Part shown: piece after piece, positions 53,844 to 63,729 of the stretch
Position numbering within the stretch: position 1 is the stretch's first letter
Layout of the letters: each line of letters begins with the position of its first letter
NCBI GenBank assembly: GCA_963815335.1
Contig: CAWFGL010000006.1
Coordinates: 161,610 to 225,609 of the forward strand
Direction: 5' to 3'
DNA: 64,000 bases
Origin: an uncultured Actinomycetota bacterium
Lineage (GTDB): Bacteria; Actinomycetota; Actinomycetes; Propionibacteriales; Nocardioidaceae
Position numbers and translations under genes: made by a program
Notes under the pieces: model-generated
What the model was told of the DNA's origin: nothing
Database searches by the model: none
What the model saw: only the letters and a program-made list of their open reading frames with translations

Positions 53844-55162
53844 TGGCCGACGAGACCACCGAGAGCGCCCGCGACGAGCAGGGCAACATCCACGGGCTGG
53901 CCGGCCGCGACGCCGACCTGCTCCGCTTCGCCACCGCCGGCAGCGTGGACGACGGCAAGTCGACCCTGATCGGCCGCCTGCTGCTCGACTCCAAGTCGAT
54001 CTTCGAGGACCAGCTCGAGGCCGTCGAGGCGACCTCGGCGTCCAAGGGCTACGACTACACCGACCTCGCGCTGCTGACCGACGGTCTGCGCTCCGAGCGC
54101 GAGCAGGGCATCACCATCGACGTGGCCTACCGCTACTTCGCGACCCCGAGCCGCAAGTTCATCATCGCGGACACCCCGGGCCACGTGCAGTACACGCGGA
54201 ACATGGTCACCGGCGCCTCCACCGCCGACCTCGGCCTGGTGCTGGTCGACGCCCGCCAGGGCCTCACCGAGCAGTCCCGCCGGCACGCGGTGATCCTGTC
54301 GCTGCTCCGGGTCCCGCACCTCGTGCTCGCGGTGAACAAGATGGACCTGGTCGACTACGACCAGAAGATCTACGAGAAGATCCACGCCGAGTTCACGCAG
54401 TTCGCGACCAAGCTCAACATCCCGGACCTCGAGGTCATCCCGATCTCGGCGCTGAACGGCGACAACGTCGTCACCCGCTCCGACCACATGCCGTGGTACT
54501 CCGGACCGACCCTGATGCACCACCTCGAGCACGTGCACGTGGCCTCCGACCGCGACCTGGTCGACGTCCGCTTCCCGGTGCAGTACGTCGTCCGGCCGAA
54601 GTCGGACGAGCACCACGACTACCGGGGCTACGGCGGCATGGTCGCCGGCGGCGTCCTCAAGGCCGGCGACGAGGTCGTCGTGCTGCCCAGCGGCATGACC
54701 TCCCGGATCGCCGGCATCGACCTCTTCGACGAGGAGGTCAGCGAGGCGTTCCCGCCGATGTCGGTGACCGTCCGTCTCGAGGACGACGTCGACGTCTCGC
54801 GCGGCGACATGATCGCCCGGGTCAACAACGCCCCGGTGCCCAGCCAGGACATCGACGCGATGATCTGCTGGATGACGCCGACGCCGCTGCGTCCGCGTCA
54901 GAAGCTCGCGATCAAGCACACGACGCGCACGGCCCGGGCGCTGGTGAAGGACATCCAGTACCGGCTCGACGTCAACTCGCTGCACCGCGACCAGGAGACC
55001 AAGGAGCTCGGCCTCAACGAGATCGGCCGCATCCAGCTGCGCACCACCCAGCCGCTGCTGTGCGACCCGTACTCGAAGAACCGCACCACGGGCTCGTTCA
55101 TCCTGATCGACGAGGCGACCGGCGTGACCGTCGGGGCAGGGATGATCAACTCCGGCAGCTGA
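53843..55162 (+). CDS. cysN: Sulfate adenylyltransferase subunit 1 (GTPase), no fused APS kinase
   Basis: AGSVDDGKSTLIGRLL, EQGITIDVAYRYF, DTPGHVQYTRNM and NKMD motifs; ends after GSFILID. Confidence 0.96.
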   Translation: MADETTESARDEQGNIHGLAGRDADLLRFATAGSVDDGKSTLIGRLLLDSKSIFEDQLEAVEATSASKGYDYTDLALLTDGLRSEREQGITIDVAYRYFATPSRKFIIADTPGHVQYTRNMVTGASTADLGLVLVDARQGLTEQSRRHAVILSLLRVPHLVLAVNKMDLVDYDQKIYEKIHAEFTQFATKLNIPDLEVIPISALNGDNVVTRSDHMPWYSGPTLMHHLEHVHVASDRDLVDVRFPVQYVVRPKSDEHHDYRGYGGMVAGGVLKAGDEVVVLPSGMTSRIAGIDLFDEEVSEAFPPMSVTVRLEDDVDVSRGDMIARVNNAPVPSQDIDAMICWMTPTPLRPRQKLAIKHTTRTARALVKDIQYRLDVNSLHRDQETKELGLNEIGRIQLRTTQPLLCDPYSKNRTTGSFILIDEATGVTVGAGMINSGS

Positions 55163-55273
55163 GGCCGGATTTGCCGAAGTCCACCACATCGGCCGCGGGA
55201 CACCGCTAGGTTCGCCTGACGTGCTTTGAGGGAGGCACGGGGGGCACACGGGGCGACCAGAGGGAGTGCCCAC

Positions 55274-58200
55274 GTGGCGAAGCTCGGCATCGGCCTGTTC
55301 ACCGGAGCGCTCGTCGCGAGTGCGCTGACCCTGGTCGTCAGCGGCCCCGCCCACGCGGACGACCCCGTCGCCGGCGCGCTCACCTCGGGCGACTCGCTGT
55401 TCCCCCACCAGGGGAACGGCGGCTACGACGCCCTGCACTACGACGTGCGCCTGACCGTCAACGTCGCGGTGTCCGCCACCAACAACGCGGTGGCCACCAC
55501 GACGCTCCCGGAGGCGAGCACCTCCATGCGCGCGACCACGACGGGCGCGCCGCTGTCGTCGTTCGGCCTCGACTTCCAGGGCTCGACCGGCAACCTCGCG
55601 GCCTCGACCCTCGACGTCGGATCGGTCACCGTCAACGGCGCTCCGGCCACCTTCTCCCGCATCGAGAGCACCACGCCGACCAACGTCACCACCGACGTGC
55701 ACAAGATCGTCGTGACGCCGGCGACCCCGGTGAGCGGTGAGTTCACCACCGTGGTCACCTACTCCGGCACGCCGGTCCGGCACACCGACGCGGACGGCTC
55801 GGCCGAGGGCTGGAACAACACCACCGACGGCGCGACGTTCGTCAACCAGCCGGTCGGGTCGATGACCGCGTTCCCGAACAACAACACACCCAGCGACAAG
55901 GCGACCTACACGTTCACCGTCGACGCGCCGAGCAGGCTGACGACCTCGGCGCAGGCCGTCGCGGCCAACCCCGGTCTCAGGGACGCTGCCGTGGCGAGCA
56001 ACGGCGAGCTCGTCTCCAGGACGCCGAGCCCCGACGGCACCCGCACGACCTGGGTCTGGGAGCAGACCCGGCCGATGGCCAGCATGCTGGCGCTCGTCTC
56101 CGTCGGCCGCTACGACGTCCACGAGTCCGACATCACGCTGGCCAGCGGCCGCACGCTGCACGAGTGGACCTTCATCGACCCCGCGATCTCGGCGCAGAGC
56201 CAGCTCGTCACGCAGGCGACCCGGGCTCAGACGAAGCAGATCCTCGACCACCTCGAGACCCAGTTCGGCCCCTACCCCGGCGGCAGCACCGGCTACGTGA
56301 CCGACGTCGTCCCCAGCGCCATCAACTACGCGCTGGAGACCCAGGACCGCTCGTTCTTCCCCAACTCGGCGAGCCGGTCGACGGCCATCCACGAGCACAC
56401 GCACCAGTGGTTCGGTGACGGCGTCTCCCCCGGCGACTGGAACGACCTCTGGATCAGCGAGGGCACGGCGACGTTCGCCGAGAACCAGACGGCGTACGGC
56501 AGCTCCGGCACCTCGACCACCCCGAACGAGACGTCGTACTACAACGCGTGGAGCTCGAGCAGTCCCACCGCGGCCCTCTGGACGACGCCGAGCGCGGGCA
56601 TGACGAACGCCTCGCAGCTGTTCGGCTCGCAGGTCTACCAGCGCGGCTCGTGGACCCTCGAGGCGCTGCGCACCGTGATCGGTGCACCGGCGTTCAGCCA
56701 GGTCATGCACGAGTGGCAGAGCCGCTACCAGGGCACCAGCCGCCGGACCGCGGCGTTCATCGCGCTGGCCGAGGAGATCTCCGGCCGCAGCCTGACCGCG
56801 TTCTTCCAGCCCTGGCTCTACGGCACCACCAAGGCCCCGTGGCCCTCGCGGTCCACCCTCACGGTGGCCGGGCCGGCGGCGCTCGTCTCGCCGGGCGACC
56901 CGGTGTCGTACACCCTCACGAACCGCAACACCGGGAAGGTGACCCAGGCCGGCAGCGTGGTGGCGCTCGACCTGACCGACGTGCTGGACGACGCCACCAT
57001 CGGCACCCTGCCCGCCAACACGACCCTGGTCGGGAGCACGCTGACCTGGAACGTCCCGTCGACGGCGGTCGCCGCGAGCTCGAGCGTCGTCGTGCCGCTG
57101 ACGGTCGACCCCGGCGCGGCGGGCGCCACGCTCCGGGCCGTCGCGTCGGTCTCCACGCTCGGTGGCACCTGCATCGACTGCACCCCGACCGTGACGGTCG
57201 GCGCACCACCGGTCAGCCCGTCCCCGGCGCCGACCGTGGTCGGTACGGCGACCGCCGGGGTGCCACTCGGCACCGGCAACACCGACACCTGGCCCGCCGG
57301 CACGTCCCTGACCTACCAGTGGACCGTCGACAACACCCCGGTGCCCGGTGCGACGTCGGCGACCTTCACCCCCGACGTCACGCACGTCGGGCTCGCCGTC
57401 CGCGTGCAGGTGACCGGCGCCCTCAGCGACCTGTCACCCGTGACGACGACCAGTGCCCCGACGGCCAACGTCGTCCGCGCGACCCAGACCGGCTCGATGC
57501 CGGTGATCAGCGGAACGCCGCAGTTCGGCAAGCCGTTGACCGTGGACGTCGGCTCGTGGGAGCCCGGCACCTACTTCACGTACCAGTGGCTGACCAACGG
57601 CGTGAACGTCGCGGCCGGGAGCGGCGGCACCGGCCCGACCTTCACTCCCTCCGTCGCGACGCAGGCCGGCCAGACGGTCACGGTGAGCGTGACGGGCACC
57701 AAGGCCGGCCAGAACAGCGTGGCGAGGACCAGCGCCGCCACGGCCGGCATCGCGGCCGGTGCGTTCGTGCTCTCGCCGACGCCCACCATCAGTGGCGCGG
57801 CTCGGGCCCTCGCGCCGATGACGGCCGTCCCCGGCCAGTGGGACGACGGCACCACGCTGACCTACCTGTGGAGCGTCGGTGGGACGCCGGTCGCGGTGGG
57901 CGGGACGTCGGCCGGCTTCACGCCGACCCTGCTGCACCTCGGCCAGACGGCGACCGTCACGGTGACCGGCACCAAGCCCGGCTACCCGACCACGGCACGG
58001 ACCAGTGCCGAGACCGCCCCGATCGCGCTCGCGCTCCAGGTCCTGAGCCCGACCCCGGTCGTGACCGGCACCGGCAAGGTCGGCCAGACGCTCACCGTCG
58101 AGCCCGGGATCTGGGACGTCGGCTCGACGCAGGCGGTCCAGTGGAACGTCGACGGCGTCCCCGTGGACGGTGCCACCGCCACGACGTTCACCCCGCTCGC

Positions 58201-60181
58201 GGGCCACCTCGGCGCGGCGGTCACGGCCTCGGTCACCAGCACCCGGCTCAGCTACGTCCCGGTGACGCGGACCAGCCTCCCCCGGACAGTCGTGCCCGGC
58301 GACCAGGCCCTGACGCCGACGCCGACGGTCACCGGCACCCCGCAGGTCGGCCAGCCGCTCCAGGCCCAGCCGGGCACGTGGGACGACGGCGTCGTGCTCG
58401 GCTACCAGTGGGCGGTCGACGGCACCGAGCTCCTCGGCGCGACGGGCGACTCGTACACGCCGCTCGCCGGCGACGAAGGCGAGACGGTCAGGGTCGCGGT
58501 CACCGGTACGAGGACCGGCTACGCGACGGTCACGAGGACCTCGGCCCCCACGGCCGCGGTCTCCGCCGGCGCCCTGGCCCTGACGCCGGTCCCGACCGTC
58601 TCCGGCACGGCGCGGGTCGGGTCCCTCCTGACCGCCGTGCCCGGCACCTGGGACACCGGCACCGCGCTCGGCTACCAGTGGCAGGTCGCCGGCGAGGACG
58701 TCGCCGGGGCGACCGGGCCGGCCTACGCCCCGGTGCCCGCCGACCTCGGCGGGACGGTCACGGTCGAGGTCACCGGCAGCAAGCCCGGCTACACGAGCGT
58801 GACGCAGGAGTCCGACCCGACGACCGCCGTGACGACCGGTCTCCAGGGCAGCACCCCGGCACCGACGGTCAGCGGAGCGGCGAAGGTGGGCGCCACGCTC
58901 ACCGCCAACGCCGGCACGTGGGACGACGGGGTCTCGCTCGCGTACCAGTGGACGCTCGACGGCACGGACGTCGACGGCGCCACCGCGTCGACGTACGTGC
59001 CGGGACCGGGTGACCTCGGCTCGGCGGTCCGGGTCGAGGTCACCGGCACCAGGCCCGGCTTCGACGCCGTCGTCCGGGAGTCCGACCCCACCGCGGCGGT
59101 CGGGCCGGGCGACCTCGTGTCGACCCCCACCCCCCAGCTCGGCGGGTCCGCGGCCAAGGTCGGCGTCCAGCTGACCGCCCTCCCCGGCACCTGGGACGAG
59201 GGGGTCTCGTTCGGCTACCAGTGGACCGCCGACGGCGACGACATCCCCGGAGCCACGTCGGCGACCTACACACCGGTGCCGGGAGACGTCGGGGAGTCGA
59301 TCGCCGTGGAGGTGACCGGGACCAGGACCGGGTACACCGCGGTCACGCGGACCTCGCCCTCCACGTCGGGGATCGAGCCGGGCGACCTGTCCCTGACCCC
59401 GACGCCGACGGTCACGGGCGACCCCGAGGTCGGCACCGAGCTCACGGCGGTCCCGGGAACCTGGGACCCGGGCGTCGCCCTGGCCTACCAGTGGGCCCTC
59501 GACGGAGCCGACGTCGCGGGTGCGACGGCGACGACGTACACGCCGCTCTCCGCCGACGCCGGCAGGAGCGTGACCGTGGCGGTGACCGGCACGAGGACCG
59601 GCTACGCCCCGGTGACACGGGTGTCGGACCCGACGGCCCAGGTCCTCATCGGCGACCAGACGCTGACCCCGAGGCCCTCCGTCACCGGCACCGCGCGCGT
59701 GGGCGATCAGCTGACCGCCGTTCCCGGGACCTGGGACGACGGCGCCGTGCTGAGCTACCAGTGGGCGTCCGACGGCGACGACATCAGCGGGGCGACGGCG
59801 CCGGCCTACACCCCGGCTGCCCGCGACGTCGGCGCCGGGATCACCGTGCGGGTGACGGGCACCAGGCCCGGCTACTCCCCCGCGTCGAGGACGTCCGACC
59901 CCACGACGGCCGTCGCGCGGGGCGTGCTCGGCACGACGCTGGACGTGCGGATCAAGGGGACCGCGAGGGCCGGCCGGAAGCTCACGGCCAAGGTGGGCAG
60001 CTGGCCGCCCGGCACCACCGTCACCTACGCGTGGACGGTGAAGGGGGTCGTGAAGAGCAGGCGGTCCACCCTCGCGCTCAAGCGCGGCATGACGGGCAGG
60101 CGGGTCACGCTGGTGGTCACCGTGTCGAGGCCCGGCTACGTGCCCCAGCAGGACCGGGCGAGGACCTCGAAGGTGCTGTAG
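55274..60181 (+). CDS. Secreted M1 family zinc aminopeptidase with a DUF11-like domain and tandem Ig-like repeats
   Basis: Signal peptide ending AHA; YALETQ, HEHTHQW and ISEG (HExxH...E); 10 approximately 90-aa repeats plus a basic terminal repeat. Confidence 0.9.
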   Translation: MAKLGIGLFTGALVASALTLVVSGPAHADDPVAGALTSGDSLFPHQGNGGYDALHYDVRLTVNVAVSATNNAVATTTLPEASTSMRATTTGAPLSSFGLDFQGSTGNLAASTLDVGSVTVNGAPATFSRIESTTPTNVTTDVHKIVVTPATPVSGEFTTVVTYSGTPVRHTDADGSAEGWNNTTDGATFVNQPVGSMTAFPNNNTPSDKATYTFTVDAPSRLTTSAQAVAANPGLRDAAVASNGELVSRTPSPDGTRTTWVWEQTRPMASMLALVSVGRYDVHESDITLASGRTLHEWTFIDPAISAQSQLVTQATRAQTKQILDHLETQFGPYPGGSTGYVTDVVPSAINYALETQDRSFFPNSASRSTAIHEHTHQWFGDGVSPGDWNDLWISEGTATFAENQTAYGSSGTSTTPNETSYYNAWSSSSPTAALWTTPSAGMTNASQLFGSQVYQRGSWTLEALRTVIGAPAFSQVMHEWQSRYQGTSRRTAAFIALAEEISGRSLTAFFQPWLYGTTKAPWPSRSTLTVAGPAALVSPGDPVSYTLTNRNTGKVTQAGSVVALDLTDVLDDATIGTLPANTTLVGSTLTWNVPSTAVAASSSVVVPLTVDPGAAGATLRAVASVSTLGGTCIDCTPTVTVGAPPVSPSPAPTVVGTATAGVPLGTGNTDTWPAGTSLTYQWTVDNTPVPGATSATFTPDVTHVGLAVRVQVTGALSDLSPVTTTSAPTANVVRATQTGSMPVISGTPQFGKPLTVDVGSWEPGTYFTYQWLTNGVNVAAGSGGTGPTFTPSVATQAGQTVTVSVTGTKAGQNSVARTSAATAGIAAGAFVLSPTPTISGAARALAPMTAVPGQWDDGTTLTYLWSVGGTPVAVGGTSAGFTPTLLHLGQTATVTVTGTKPGYPTTARTSAETAPIALALQVLSPTPVVTGTGKVGQTLTVEPGIWDVGSTQAVQWNVDGVPVDGATATTFTPLAGHLGAAVTASVTSTRLSYVPVTRTSLPRTVVPGDQALTPTPTVTGTPQVGQPLQAQPGTWDDGVVLGYQWAVDGTELLGATGDSYTPLAGDEGETVRVAVTGTRTGYATVTRTSAPTAAVSAGALALTPVPTVSGTARVGSLLTAVPGTWDTGTALGYQWQVAGEDVAGATGPAYAPVPADLGGTVTVEVTGSKPGYTSVTQESDPTTAVTTGLQGSTPAPTVSGAAKVGATLTANAGTWDDGVSLAYQWTLDGTDVDGATASTYVPGPGDLGSAVRVEVTGTRPGFDAVVRESDPTAAVGPGDLVSTPTPQLGGSAAKVGVQLTALPGTWDEGVSFGYQWTADGDDIPGATSATYTPVPGDVGESIAVEVTGTRTGYTAVTRTSPSTSGIEPGDLSLTPTPTVTGDPEVGTELTAVPGTWDPGVALAYQWALDGADVAGATATTYTPLSADAGRSVTVAVTGTRTGYAPVTRVSDPTAQVLIGDQTLTPRPSVTGTARVGDQLTAVPGTWDDGAVLSYQWASDGDDISGATAPAYTPAARDVGAGITVRVTGTRPGYSPASRTSDPTTAVARGVLGTTLDVRIKGTARAGRKLTAKVGSWPPGTTVTYAWTVKGVVKSRRSTLALKRGMTGRRVTLVVTVSRPGYVPQQDRARTSKVL

Positions 60182-60195
60182 CCACCCGGGACGAC

Positions 60196-60228
60196 GCCGA
60201 CCCGCCCGAACAGTACGGGCGGGTCGGC
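60196..60228. terminator. Hairpin terminator between convergent genes
   Basis: 13-bp perfect stem GCCGACCCGCCCG-AACAGTA-CGGGCGGGTCGGC. Confidence 0.75.
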
Positions 60229-60239
60229 GGTCGGGGGCC

Positions 60240-60536
60240 TCAGATCGAGACGGTCACCTCGGCGACCGACCCGACGGCTGCGTGCACCGCGTTGTCGACC
60301 GGCTCGGCCTGCGGCGCGAGCGTCCGCAGGGTCCAGTCACCGTCGCCGGCGAAGAACCGGAAGTGGCCCGTGGCCGAGGTCGGGACCTCGGCGGTGAACT
60401 CACCGGTCCGGTCCAGCAGCCGCACGTAGGCGTTGCCCACCGGCTCGCCGTCGCGGACGACCTGGCCCTGGATGATGGCCTCCTTGGCGACGTCCACGCC
60501 GTCGAGGGACAGGCCGCCCTCGGTCGCGCCGCACAT
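60240..60536 (-). CDS. DUF1416 protein (SseC-like)
   Basis: MCGA...AYVRLLDRTGEFTAEVPTSATGHFRFFA; coupled to the sulfurtransferase stop. Confidence 0.88.
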   Translation of the reverse strand: MCGATEGGLSLDGVDVAKEAIIQGQVVRDGEPVGNAYVRLLDRTGEFTAEVPTSATGHFRFFAGDGDWTLRTLAPQAEPVDNAVHAAVGSVAEVTVSI

Positions 60537-61384
60537 CAGGCTTCGCCAGCCTCGTCGCCGAGAGCCACCGGCACGCCCACGAGCGAGCCGTACTCGGTCC
60601 ACGAGCCGTCGTAGTTCTTGACGTTGTCCTGGCCGAGGAGCTCCTTGAGCACGAACCAGGTGTGCGACGAGCGCTCGCCGATGCGGCAGTAGGCGATGGT
60701 GTCCTTGCTCCAGTCGACACCGGCCTCGGTGTAGATCTCCTTGAGCTCGTCGTCGGAGCGGAACGTGCCGTCGTCGTTGGCCGCCTTGCTCCACGGGACG
60801 TTGGCCGCGGTGGGGATGTGGCCCGCGCGCTGCGCCTGCTCCTGCGGGAGGTGCGCCGGGGCGAGCAGCCGGCCGGCGTACTCGTCGGGGCTGCGGACGT
60901 CGACCAGGTTCTGGGTGCCGATCGCGGCGACCGTCTCGTCGCGGAACGCGCGGATGCTCGAGTCCTGCTCCTGGGCGGTGTACGACGTCTCGGCGCGGTC
61001 CGGCAGCTCGTCGGTGAGCTCGCGCGAGTCGAGCTCCCACTTCTTGCGGCCGCCGTCGAGCAGCTTCACGTCCTGGTGGCCGTAGAGCTTGAAGTACCAG
61101 TAGGCGTAGGCGGCGAACCAGTTGTTGTTGCCGCCGTAGAGCACCACGGTGTGGTCGTTGCCGACGCCGCGCGAGGACAGGAGCGCCTCGAACTGCTCCT
61201 TGTTGACGAAGTCACGACGGACCTGGTCCTGGAGGTCGGTCGTCCAGTCGAGCTTGATGGCGCCCTTGATGTGGCCCTTGTCGTAGGCCGTGGTGTCCTC
61301 GTCGACCTCGACGAGAACGATGTCGGGGTTGTCCAGGTTGTCCTCCACCCACTGGGCGGAGACGAGAGAGCTCTCGCGGGTCAT
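60536..61384 (-). CDS. Thiosulfate sulfurtransferase (rhodanese, CysA2/SseA-like)
   Basis: GHIKGA, AYAYW, YCRIGERS active site and YDGSWTEYG motifs. Confidence 0.95.
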   Translation of the reverse strand: MTRESSLVSAQWVEDNLDNPDIVLVEVDEDTTAYDKGHIKGAIKLDWTTDLQDQVRRDFVNKEQFEALLSSRGVGNDHTVVLYGGNNNWFAAYAYWYFKLYGHQDVKLLDGGRKKWELDSRELTDELPDRAETSYTAQEQDSSIRAFRDETVAAIGTQNLVDVRSPDEYAGRLLAPAHLPQEQAQRAGHIPTAANVPWSKAANDDGTFRSDDELKEIYTEAGVDWSKDTIAYCRIGERSSHTWFVLKELLGQDNVKNYDGSWTEYGSLVGVPVALGDEAGEA

Positions 61385-61394
61385 GTCTTGTCCT

Positions 61395-61869
61395 TCACTT
61401 GTTGAGGTTCTGGATGGATGTGAGCAGGAGGAAGACCTCGCAGCCCAGGCAGAAGCCGAAGACCGAGTTGAGGATGGCGGCGACGAGGGCGAACCCGAGC
61501 GCCACCTGGGCGAGCAGCGTCGCGCCGGCGGCGAAGCCGACCACCGCCACGACGAGGAACACGAGACCGACCGCCTGGGCGAACCGCGGCGGGGCCGGGT
61601 CCTCCAGCGCGGACGGCGCACCGAGGCGCGGGCGCACGACGGTGCGGAAGACCCACGACTGCGGCGTGTGCTGGACACCGCGGGCGGCGCCGATGCCGAA
61701 CAGCACGGCCTGGATCGCAGCGAGCACCGGGCCGACCGGGTCGGGCGCGAGCAGGGCGGCCGCGACGACGACGACGGTGATCCCGGCGACGAAGCGCGGG
61801 CCCCGCGGGTCGATGCCGGCACCGACGCCGGTGCTGGTGCCGGGTGCTCGTGCTGGTGCTCGTGGACAT
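61395..61869 (-). pseudogene. DUF4395 membrane protein, frameshifted near the start as assembled
   Basis: AGGAGG RBS + ATG 61869 is one base out of frame with IDPRGPRF...PPRFAQAVG...FGFCLGCE. There is no in-frame start after the stop at 61902-61904 until 61727. Confidence 0.78.
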
Positions 61870-61900
61870 GTCGTCCTCCTGCTGGTGCGCGTGGGCGCGG

Positions 61901-61927
61901 GTTACTGGACTAAATCAGTCTAGTTAC
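61901..61927. promoter_or_regulatory. AT-rich imperfect palindrome between leader peptide and DUF4395
   Basis: ACTGGACT-AAATC-AGTCTAGT core. Confidence 0.45.
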
Positions 61928-61928
61928 T

Positions 61929-62006
61929 TCAGCAGGATCGACACAGGCTCGAGCGGACGCGGCAGTGGTCGACTGCGCGGCGCTTGGTGAGCATGGTCGT
62001 GAACAC
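61929..62006 (-). CDS. Cys-rich leader peptide (Ms5788A-like attenuator sORF)
   Basis: [25 protein letters not shown]; GTG 7 nt after TAGCGT; directly upstream of DUF4395-sulfurtransferase-DUF1416. Confidence 0.8.
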   Translation of the reverse strand: MFTTMLTKRRAVDHCRVRSSLCRSC

Positions 62007-62074
62007 GACGGTCACGCTACGGGTGTCGGGGCCGTCGTCCGAGGGTGCGTCCCGCGATGCGAGACGGCCATCCA

Positions 62075-62545
62075 TCATGTGGACACGCCGGGAAGTGCGT
62101 CCAGGGCGGACTCGACCTGCTCGCGGCGCGGGGCACCGGTGGCCCGCATCCGCTCGTGCCCGTGCCGGTCGAGCACCAGGGTGGTCGGCGTCCGCATGAT
62201 GCCGAGCCGGCGGACCAGGTCCAGGTGTGCCTCCGCGTCGATCTCGACGTGGGCGACGCCGTCGTTCCTCGCCGCCACGTCGGCGAGCACGTGACGGGTC
62301 GTGCGGCAGGGGGCGCAGAACGCCGACGAGAACTGCAGCAGCGTCGCCCGCTCCCCCAGCCCGTCGCCCCAGGAGGTGCCGGCCAGGGCGGAGCCGGGCG
62401 CCGGGACCGCCGCCGAGGCCTCGGCGCCCTCGTGCGTGCGGATCCGGTGCGTGCCCCGGAAGCGGCCGTCGACGGCGGCCCGGTACATCCCGAAGCCGAG
62501 CGCGAGCACGACCGCGACGACGACCACCCACAGCCCCGTGCTCAT
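62075..62545 (-). CDS. Membrane-anchored thioredoxin family protein (ThiX-like)
   Basis: N-terminal [11 protein letters not shown] (CxxC) and MRTPT motifs. Confidence 0.88.
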   Translation of the reverse strand: MSTGLWVVVVAVVLALGFGMYRAAVDGRFRGTHRIRTHEGAEASAAVPAPGSALAGTSWGDGLGERATLLQFSSAFCAPCRTTRHVLADVAARNDGVAHVEIDAEAHLDLVRRLGIMRTPTTLVLDRHGHERMRATGAPRREQVESALDALPGVST

Positions 62546-62581
62546 GTCGCTACCAACCCGGCGAGCTGGTGCGGCATTCCG

Positions 62582-62869
62582 CTACCCGCCGGCGAACGGC
62601 GGAAGGAACTCGACCGTCGCACCGACGGGGACCTCGACCTCGGCCGGGTCCCGGCTGCCGACCGGCTGCTCCCCCACCAGGGCCGAGCACGCACCGAGCA
62701 CGTCGGCGAGCCGCGTCCCGGGATGGAGGTCGACCGCGCGGCGGCGTACCTCGTGGAGGGTGACCGGTCCTGTCACCTCGATGTCATCCCCGGCGGTCCC
62801 GGCGGCGGCCTTTGCTGCGGCCCAGTAACGGACGTGGACGACGGCGCCGGTGACAGGCGTCTCATCCAC
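62582..62869 (-). CDS. MoaD/ThiS-family sulfur carrier protein
   Basis: [12 protein letters not shown] and C-terminal LPPFAGG. Confidence 0.88.
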   Translation of the reverse strand: MDETPVTGAVVHVRYWAAAKAAAGTAGDDIEVTGPVTLHEVRRRAVDLHPGTRLADVLGACSALVGEQPVGSRDPAEVEVPVGATVEFLPPFAGG

Positions 62870-62971
62870 GATTGGATCCTTCCAATGCAACGTCCGGGTT
62901 TCGTAGGATGTCAGTGTCGCACCGGAGCCCAGCGCTGTGTTTCCGGTCCAGGCCCGCCATCGGGAGGACCC

Positions 62972-63700
62972 ATGAGCACTCTCCTGCTCCTCACCAGCGC
63001 ACTCCAGCCGTCCGCCGAGGTGATCCCCGGGCTCGCCCTGCTGGGCCACCAGGTCAAGATCCTTCCCTCGGAGGGCAGCGCCCTCCTCGAGGCGCCGGAC
63101 TCCGACCTCCTGCTCGTCGACGGCCGCCAGGACCTCGCCCACGCGCGCGACCTGTGCCGGCTGATCCGGACGACGGGCACCGACGTGCCGGTCCTCCTGA
63201 TCGTCACCGAGGGCGGTCTCGCCGTGGTGAACCACGACTGGGGCATGGACGACGTCGTGCTGCACACGTGCGGGCCCGCCGAGCTCGAGGCGCGGATCAA
63301 GCTGTCGATCGGCCGGCTGGCCGCCCAGCGCGAGGCCGCCGACCCCGACGCGCACGTGATCCGGTCCGGCGAGGTGGTCGTCGACGACGCGACGTACACC
63401 GCGAAGGTCAGCGGCCGGCACCTCGACCTCACGTTCAAGGAGTTCGAGCTCCTCAAGTTCCTGGCCCAGCACCCGGGCCGCGTGTTCAGCCGCCAGCAGC
63501 TGCTCCAGGAGGTCTGGGGCTACGACTACTTCGGCGGCACCCGGACCGTGGACGTCCACGTCCGGCGGCTCCGCGCCAAGCTCGGCCCCGAGAACGAGAC
63601 GCTCATCGGCACCGTGCGCAACGTCGGCTACCGGTTCGTGGTGCCCTCGAAGGAGACCGCGAAGGAGCCGGCGCCGCAGTCCGAGCGCCCGATGGTCTAG
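62972..63700 (+). CDS. glnR: GlnR-type OmpR-family regulator
   Basis: [30 protein letters not shown] atypical receiver, w[19 protein letters not shown]; synteny with thiX/cysA2/sseC as for Rv0818. Confidence 0.88.
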   Translation: MSTLLLLTSALQPSAEVIPGLALLGHQVKILPSEGSALLEAPDSDLLLVDGRQDLAHARDLCRLIRTTGTDVPVLLIVTEGGLAVVNHDWGMDDVVLHTCGPAELEARIKLSIGRLAAQREAADPDAHVIRSGEVVVDDATYTAKVSGRHLDLTFKEFELLKFLAQHPGRVFSRQQLLQEVWGYDYFGGTRTVDVHVRRLRAKLGPENETLIGTVRNVGYRFVVPSKETAKEPAPQSERPMV

Positions 63701-63729
63701 TCCGCGCGATGTCGCCGCTGTATGGACCG

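Noticed and set aside
57200-59930. Approximately 270-bp tandem repeats as a possible CRISPR array or mobile element
   Set aside because: The repeats are degenerate, in frame and encode Ig-like domains. There are no identical direct repeats with spacers and no cas genes.
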